Positions 56,646-64,000 of a stretch of DNA of 64,000 nucleotides are shown here, in pieces; position 1 is the stretch's first letter; every line of letters starts with the position of its first letter. The stretch comes from Hyaloraphidium curvatum SAG 235-1 (taxonomy: Eukaryota > Fungi > Monoblepharomycota): assembly GCA_025558095.1 (NCBI GenBank), contig JAIVFI010000005.1, positions 496,001 through 560,000 of the forward strand, in the 5' to 3' direction. The notes under the pieces were generated by a model. That model made no database searches, was not told where the DNA came from, and saw nothing but the letters and a program-made list of their open reading frames with translations. A program made the position numbers and the translations under genes.

Positions 56646-56676
56646 TAGCCAGGTCGACGTCCAACTTGAGACCGGA

Positions 56677-58365
56677 TTACACCTTGTCGAGAACTGCTTT
56701 TAGCCCCTTGACATCTGCTGCGCGCTCGATCCTCGCACCCGCGATGCCAGCCCGGGATAGCAGCCCGCACACGCCCCCCCTCTTCTCCCACGCCTTCTGC
56801 ACCTCGCGCGCGACCTCTTCGCCAACCACGATGGCGTAAATCGCGTCCATACCACCTGCTCCGGGCACGGCAGCGACCAATACTCCGGGGCATGCCATGG
56901 TCTCGTCCAGCAACGAAGTCTGCTCCGGAGGCTCGATCGGCACCGCGGCCAGGTCCGACATCAATCTGAGGTTGGATCGGAGACCCAAACAAGTCTCATG
57001 CAGAGCTCGGAGGGCGGCAGTGGTTTCCGACGTCGACTTCATATCCTTGGCAGGTTGCGCCGAAGCACGGGCAAGGTCCGCCGCGTAACCATCCGGATCG
57101 GCACTGGCAAGCTCCTCCAAGCGCCGGAACAGAGCAAACAGCTTCATGTTCGCGCGATCAATGTCGGTCCACAGCACCCCGGCCTGATCCGGGTTGTCGG
57201 CCCGCCATTTGAGCACCTTGCTCACCATTCCCGGAGTCTCTGACCCAGCGGATATGTCCGCAAGCATGAGCACCAACCCACGTGGCAGACTGACTGCTGT
57301 ATGGCTGTAGTTCCAGGGGTCCGCGCCCGGTTTCGGCGCCAGCAGTTCCGCCAAGTCATTCAGCGTCAGCTTGGAAGCTTCATGGAGCTGAAGCAGGGAC
57401 ACTGAACTTAGCTTAAGCAAAAAGTTGAACATCGCCTATGCTCACCTTGATTGCGCGGGCGACAATTTCCGGGTCGAATCGACGGTACACGCCGGAACCA
57501 AACACGGCGCTCGCGACGTCGAACCCGCTGCCGACCTTGCCTTGCGCCAGACAGTGGGCAAGCTGCGCCGTAGCGTGCCCAATCTGCCTCCCGCGCCGCG
57601 CGAGGTCGGCGTCCTCGGAGGAGAGGGAGATCACTCCAAAGAACGAAAGGATCGTGAACACGAGGGACGTGACCAAAGCCGCAGACGACCCCAGGCCAGT
57701 CTTCCGTACGCCGCTCAACGGACCAAGCGGCATAAAAGGTTCCAGCTGCCCAAGTCCTTCCGCGGTCCGCGGCAGACCGCGCGCCTCAAGGTTGGAAGCC
57801 TGGGAGTAGAAGTCGTTGTCACCAAGCACGGCGACGGTCAAGCCCGCGGCAAGCTTCTCTTTGAAGATATGCGGCTCCGTGGTGAGGGCCAAAGACAACG
57901 AAAAGAGCAAGGCATTGGCAAGGTACGGGTTGCTGCCCGACCGCGCTTCCAAGCCTACGAGCGCCCCAGCGCCCTTGTCCACCACATCGTAGGCCCATTG
58001 CACCCCGTCAAATTGAGGGGAGACCACCGTAACCCGTCCAAGCAGGTTATGGGGTCGCTCCGAGAGGCCATCTGCGGTTGCATGGCCGGCGGTCCTCGCG
58101 CACGAGAAGAAGCGCGAATCCGTTGCGACCGACGTTCCCTCGTACGCCCTATCGAGAACAAGGTAGCCGCCGGTGATGAGCACTTTGCCGGGAGCCGAAA
58201 CGATTCTGTTGGGAGAATGGGCGCGGCGGCATCCGGAAAAGAGCGAGGCCGGCGTCCGCAGATTGGCGACGGCATCGCGACGGAAGGTCCGGGATCAGGA
58301 AACGCTGCAACTGAATGCCCGTTGGCCAATACTCACGTCCATTCCGCATTGCTTGCGGAGGGCAT
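56677..58365 (-). CDS. ERG8: Phosphomevalonate kinase
   Basis: MPSASNAEWT|IVSAPGKVLITGGYLVLD (intron 58206-58336), LGDNDFYSQ, KTGLGSSAALVTS, AHCLAQGKVGSGFDVASAVFGS, GSETPGMV, VPIEPPEQT and VPGAGGMDAI. Confidence 0.96.
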
Positions 58366-58497
58366 GGCGAGCTGGCGCCGACGAGAAGTGTTTGGGCTCG
58401 GATCAGAGCTGGACGCATGGGCTGACCGTTCTTCCCCGTCTCCTGGCGAGGATTCCATTGTATCTGGCCTTTTGAGGAAGGGTAAAGTCATTACAAA

Positions 58498-59874
58498 CTA
58501 CTTTTCCTTCAGCCCGCCTTCGGGCATTTTCTGCATGGAGGCGTCGATCAGCTTTGTCCACAGAAAAGCAGCACTCTCGAACTCACCAGGACGATCTTGC
58601 CGATCACGCCCATCGACTTGATCTTGTCCTGAGCGAGGCGCACGTTCTCGAGTGTGAAGGTCATGCGCTCCGTCGCCGTGGTCTTGAGCACGCCCTCATC
58701 AACGTACTTGCTGACCGCCTGGAGGATCTCTCCTTGCGTGGCGATCTTGTCCTCAACGGCGAACATGCTTTTGGCGTACATAATCTGCCGGTTGCCGCGG
58801 TTAGGATGTGGCGTCCCACGGATTCTGCGTTACAACCTCGAGGGAGAGGCCCTAAAAGTACAGCGTCCACGGTCAGCGCCAGACCGGTCAAGCATGACGA
58901 TTCCACCCACCACAGACTTGAAGAACAGCGTCATCATCGTGGATGCCGACATCGCGAACCAGGGTAGGATGAAGTTCATTTTGCCCAGCGGGGCAATGAC
59001 CTGGGCGAGCTCGTTTATGAGTTCTGGATCCCAGCAGACGCATGCAAGACTGACCTGGGCGAGCTCGTCCATGAACAGATCCGGATCGTAGCACACGAAC
59101 GCGTAGTCGATCGTCTTGAGACCGATGGCCTCGAGCTGGGGCTTGAGCGGCTCCTTGTGGTTGATCACGTCTGTGGCGCCACATTGCTTGCACCACTCGC
59201 TAGACTCGGGCCGCGAGGCGGTGGCGACGACGCGCTCCAGCTTGAGCACGTTCCGGGCCAGCTGGATGGCAATGCTGCCGACACCGCCGGCACCGTTGAT
59301 GATGAGGAGCGACCTCGGGTTGGGCACAGAGCTGACGGGGATCCCCATGTGCTCGACGAGGCCTGAACAAGGCAAGTGAGTTTCATCGCCACGAGCACCT
59401 GCAGGTGAGAACTCACCCTCCCACGACGTGATCGCGCACAGCGGCAGCGCAGCGGCGTCCTCGAAGGACAGCGACTTGGGCTTAAATCCAACGATGCGGT
59501 AATCGACTAGCTCCAGCTCGGCATTGCAACCGGGCCTCGTACGATCACCTGAGGCAAGACATCAGACGTTGTGTCGCCTCGCAGCCATCTGGGGGACAAT
59601 ATGCACCTGCCCAGAAGACTTCGTCACCCACAGCGAAACCGCTGACTTCGCTGCCGACTTCCTCGACGATTCCCGCGGCATCCCAACCAACGACGAGGGG
59701 CGCATCGCCTCCCTGGAATCCCTCGCGGTGCTTGTAGTCGGTTGGATTCGAACTTGTCGAGAGAATCTTGATCAGGAGGTCCTTCGGGCCGGGCTTCGGC
59801 CTCGGGAGCTCCACGATCTTGAGCACGGACGCGTCTCCGGCCGTGGTCTGGCCAATCGCCTTGTAGGTTGCCAT
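58498..59874 (-). CDS. Zinc-type alcohol dehydrogenase-like / quinone oxidoreductase (MDR family), multi-exon
   Basis: ELPRPKPGPKDLL, SSNPTDYKHR, VGWDAAGIVEEVG, PKSLSFEDAAALPLCAITSWE, LLIINGAGGVGSIAIQLA, ATASRPES and IGKIVL. Confidence 0.92.
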
Positions 59875-60028
59875 CGTGGTCCAAATGATGGGACTTTCTG
59901 GTTGTTCGAGAGCTAATGGCGGGTGAAGAGTGGAGCCGCTGTGGCGAAGTGTGGTGTGTTTGGGTCGGGAGCGTCTCCCGAGGCGCTTTCCTCCTCCTCG
60001 CGCTCGAATTCGAGAACGCCCCTCCTCC

Positions 60029-61207
60029 ATGCCCCAGCAACAGGCCCGTGATGCTGCACGCAGCGCACTGCCGCGCGACGGGCGCAGGGAGCCGTCCGCC
60101 GATGTCCCGGCGGGCGCCTCGCTGCCCGCCCTGGAAACCCTCCCGCGCAAACACCGCGCGGTCGCCGCATCCCTCCGCGGCGTCCCGGCCGACCAGCAGG
60201 AGGACGCGTTGCTCCAGGCTGTCCTCGTCGGCATGCGCGTGATCAACGCAGGGGGCCTTGGGGCCAATGAAGTGAACGACGCGGACCGGACCCAATGGGT
60301 GCACCCCACGGACATCCCCGGTGCTTCCGGCGAAGGACACGAGGCCGTGGCGGAGGAGGAAGTCGAAGAAGAAGAGGACGAAGCGCTCACCGTCGACGAG
60401 CTGTCGGCGCCGGAGCCGGAACAGCGTCCGAATCCCGTGCTCTACCCGGAGTGGTGGGGTCACGAGGAGCACAGCCCGGGCAGGCAGCCTATCAGGGAAC
60501 CTCTGCGACCCGCCAACTTGAATGGCATGCGCGGGGCGGCGCCCGGTAACGTGAGGACACATACCCAGACAAAGACGACCGGACCGAAGACCCTGAGGCA
60601 GGGTGAGTTCCAGTTCAGGCTTGAATGATTCTGCTCCAACTAACGTGCGTGTGCAGGACCAATGCAATCGTCCCAAACGCGGACCACTACGACGACGGTC
60701 ACGACGGTCGTCGTCGAACCGGGACCGGCACGCCAGCCCGCGGCGGGACGCACTGCGTCCGCCAAACGAGCCTCGGCAAACGGCACTCCAACAACTGCCG
60801 AGGCATCGAACGGGCCGAAAGCAAAGACTCCCGTGCCCGCTGCCGCTTCCTGGGAGATTCCCCTGCGCACTCGCGGGCCGACGCCGAACGCCGCGCCTCA
60901 GCAAAGGCCTACACGGAACCAGAGCACGACGCCGCAACCTCGGGCCCGGCCGGCGTCTGCTCAGCGACAACCTGCCTCGGTGGGCGCTTCCCCCGCGGAT
61001 TCTGCTGCCTTCTCGAGCCCGGAGGCCAACTCTGCGGACAATTCGCCGCGTTCGGCCTTGATGCCCCTGGTCAGAAGCTTTCTGAGCGATCCCATCATCG
61101 AGTGCCTCGATCTCAGCGTGCTGGAGGTGCGCGACGAGGAGGACGAGGAGCCGGAAAGCGGTCGGACGTGGAACGACGCGCGGGGCGGAATGCTCGCCGA
61201 GCAATAG
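60029..61207 (+). CDS. Hypothetical, largely disordered protein (two exons)
   Basis: ORFs 59930-60628 and 60662-61207 join in frame through intron 60603-60656 (GTGAGT..CTAAC..CAG). No recognisable domain. Confidence 0.6.
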
Positions 61208-61239
61208 CTTTCATTTGTGTTGCTCCTACAGGCAACTCG

Positions 61240-64000
61240 TCACGCCACACGCGGTGCCGTCCTCGTCTTGGTTCCAGATCCCCTCGACTTGTTCATGTAG
61301 TACTCGCTCAGCCCGCCGACCTCCACCACCTTCATCTTCCCAGCCTTGATGTCACAGATGGCCAGCTTCTCCCTCAGTACGTCCAGGAAAGCGGACGTGC
61401 GCCTCCACCGCTGCACACCGCTCTGGAAGTTATGTCTGTGCGTGAGGAACAGCTGCAGCGTCGCAGTTCGCTTCTCGAAGGACATGGTCTCGAAGTAGAC
61501 CTCGACGTTGGCCAGAAAGTCCCGGTAGAGCCGCTCCTTGATGGCCGTGTTGAGCTCCGTCTGGAGCTTCGTTAGCTTCTCGCCCGTCGTCGTGATGTCC
61601 ACCCGCATCCGTATCGTCTCGACCTGGTAGCCCGAGCGCTTGATGTTGTAGATGAACAGGGGGGAAAGCACAGGATTGGCAATGTAGACTTCTCGCCCGT
61701 CCGTGTGGGTCAGGCACGTGGACATGAGCGACATCTCCTTGACAAAATAGCTCGTGTTGCCAAACGTCACCCGATCACCGATGTCGAACGGGTGGGTGAT
61801 GAAGAGGAAAATGATGCTCTCAATCAGGTTCTTGATCGGAGTCTGATGGTCGATGGGCGACGCGTCAACGAGCGAACGATCGGGTTGGCAAGGCATTGCT
61901 CACCTGGAAGGCAAACATGGCCCCGGCCCAGAAAGATGCCATTGCGGCGATCCACACCGAGACGTCCACTGAGAATGGAATTCAGCATCCTCCTCGACTG
62001 GCATTGCCAAGCTTCCACTCACGCCAAACGCTCAAGTAGAACAGCACGCTGACGAACAGAAGAATTGTGTTGACCAGAGCGTCCAGCTTTTGGAGAGCCT
62101 GCCAGGCATTCTGGAGGCTCTTGTCCAGAGCGACCTTGTCCTGGTAGATCTCAACCACGGCGTCTTTCATCTCCTGGCGGCTCACGAGGGAATCTCCATT
62201 GAGATCAAAGAGCGCAAACGCTTTTTCGGTCAAGCGTGGATCGCCGAAGAAGGTGGAAAAGGAGGAAAAGGGAAGCTGGTAGGTGGGATCCAACCACGAC
62301 AGAGTTCGCTGCTGCGGCAAGGTTGACGTTGCGTCGGTAAAGGGGCTTGCCAGCGGCGGCTTTCCATTGCCGTCCGGCACGTTCCCTCCGTCCGCAGGCG
62401 GAGCAGTTGCGGCCCCAGAAGAGTTCGCAGCGCCGGAATTGCTAGCCAAATGCGCCAAGCTGACGAACAGGTCGCGAGCCAACGTCTTTGCGTCCGTCAG
62501 GGTAGAGAACTTGAACTCGTCCGTCTTCAATACGCGAAGCAGCTCTTCCTCCACGGTATGATGGGCAGTAAAATGGTGGGTCACGTTCTTCAAGGTCGCC
62601 CAGTGCTTGAGCCCAGGGGAGCCACTGTTGGCTTCCCGATCGATGCCCGTTGCAGCCGCACCCGTCGTCTTGGTGACCTGAGGATGCGGCGCGGGGGCGT
62701 GCACCTCGTGCGATTCGGGTGATGGTTCCGCGGAATGGTCCGGCTCCGCATTCCCCGGCGTGGGAACCTCCCCAGGATCTCGCGGATCAGTGACGCTTGC
62801 GCTCGCCAGCGCCCGACACTGAATGACGGCCTTGTACAGCCGCTCCAAAACAAACTCCTCGAAGCGCGACTTCTCGCGCCGCTCCTGGTAGATGCGGCGC
62901 TGGAAGGAGCGCGCAAAGCGAGACATGGAAAAGCGCGACATGAGCCAGATCCAGCAAACGACCGTGGCCACGAAGAGGAAGCTGTCCACCGTGCTGGTGA
63001 TGCCGGTGGGATTCGTGAATGCGGACCGGAACACAACAAGCGAAACGGTCGTCGAGGTCGTCAGGATTGCGAACTTCTTCGTGACGCGGATAAACTGGTT
63101 GACTGAGCATGAGGCATGGTTAGCGCGTTGCCAGAAAGGGATCGCAACCTACCGTTGTCATGCCAGGTCTCGCTCACGTAGCCGAAGATCGCGTACTGAA
63201 TCGTCAACGAAAGATAGGGAATCAAGGGAACGGTGTACCACGACAGCCAAAAGACGTCCCAGGAAATGACGCTCCATATCGACCACATGACAACGGGGTA
63301 CCCGTTGATGGCAAAGAGCGGGACCCCGTCCACGGTGGTCTTTGCGCGGAAGTTCGTCCACCACGCGAGAGGGTTCTCCACGAAGAGGATCAAATCGATG
63401 ATGCCCGGAATCATGAGAACGATCGTCCCTGCGATCGCCATGAACAAAGCTGCGTCCCCCGGAGTTTTGTTGCGCACAAAGTCAATGATCTTGGTCAGGC
63501 GCGTCTCGCGCTTCGACCAGTCCACTTCCTTGCGGTCATCGACCTCCTCGTCGATCCAAGTGAAGGTGTCCTCGGGCGGCGCGACGCCCGGCGCATTCAG
63601 GGCCGCGCTGGGGTCCTTCTGGTGCGCATCGAGGTTCTTGAGCGTCGGCACCCGCTGCGGTGGTGCCACTTTGAGAGCAGAGTTCGGCACGGGTTCGAGC
63701 GGTTGAAGAATTTCATCGTGAAGGCGCTGCTCCTCGCGGTTCGTCACGGCCGTCGAGTCCGAGAGAGCAGAGGCAGGCCGCGGCGGGACCCCGAGTCCGG
63801 TGGTCGCCGACGGCGCAATGTGGACGGCCAAAGGATCGTTCTGTACAGCTGATTCGGAGGCCCACGGCTCAAATGTTGCCCCGGAGGCAGCCGTCAACTG
63901 TATAGGCGACACGTTCGGGATCTCCGGCAGCACGGGTACTGTCCGAGAGCCCTCATCCTCGTGCGATGGCTCCAAAGGAAACCCGTCCTCGTCGATTCGC
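61240..64000 (-). CDS. MscS-family mechanosensitive channel with EF-hand (Msy1/Msy2-like); 5' end outside the window
   Basis: N-terminal TMs, DAKTLARDLF, EF-hand AFALFDLNGDSLVSRQEM, SIIFLFITHPFDIGDRV, VKEMSLMST, DGREVYIANPVL..IYNIKRS and HRHNFQ. Confidence 0.93.

Noticed and set aside
58206-58336. Unusually long (131 nt) first intron of ERG8 as a snoRNA host
   Set aside because: I found no convincing box C (RTGATGA) with terminal box D, and no H/ACA layout.
1-64000. CRISPR array, tRNA or rRNA genes
   Set aside because: I saw no regularly spaced repeats or recognisable tRNA/rRNA sequence by eye. tRNAscan-SE and Infernal were not run.

Overview
A compact, GC-rich eukaryotic window with many short (about 50-60 nt) GT-AG introns. 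A Zn2Cys6 transcription factor makes it fungal, and the gene style suggests an early-diverging, chytrid-like lineage (inference). About 33 tightly packed host genes are recognisable, including SCD6/LSM14, UFD1, NAC-alpha, ERB1, Pol X, TRM2, YND1, AAR2, a CaMK, Fpg, IMP2, ERG8 and MscS. The main find is an 8.6 kb island at about 48049-56645. It starts with an IS630/Tc1-mariner DDE transposase (unusual DD56E spacing) carrying a long C-terminal extension and C2H2 fingers. On the same strand follows a very large, intron-split Fanzor (eukaryotic TnpB/Cas12-like RNA-guided nuclease) with all three RuvC acidic residues and its Cys4 zinc finger intact. The ORF track shows it only as fragments. By manual splicing, a 54-nt intron (51164-51217) would remove the transposase stop codon and join both parts in frame into one ~2711-aa transposase-Fanzor protein. 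Two GNRA-tetraloop hairpins at the Fanzor 3' end (56544-56614) lie where an omegaRNA scaffold is expected. Other oddities are a ring-hydroxylating oxygenase lacking its Rieske cluster, an epoxide hydrolase homolog lacking its catalytic triad, an apparent intron made by tandem duplication, and a Sel1 protein with both a mitochondrial-like leader and a CaaX box. All exon structures were derived by hand and need RNA-seq confirmation.
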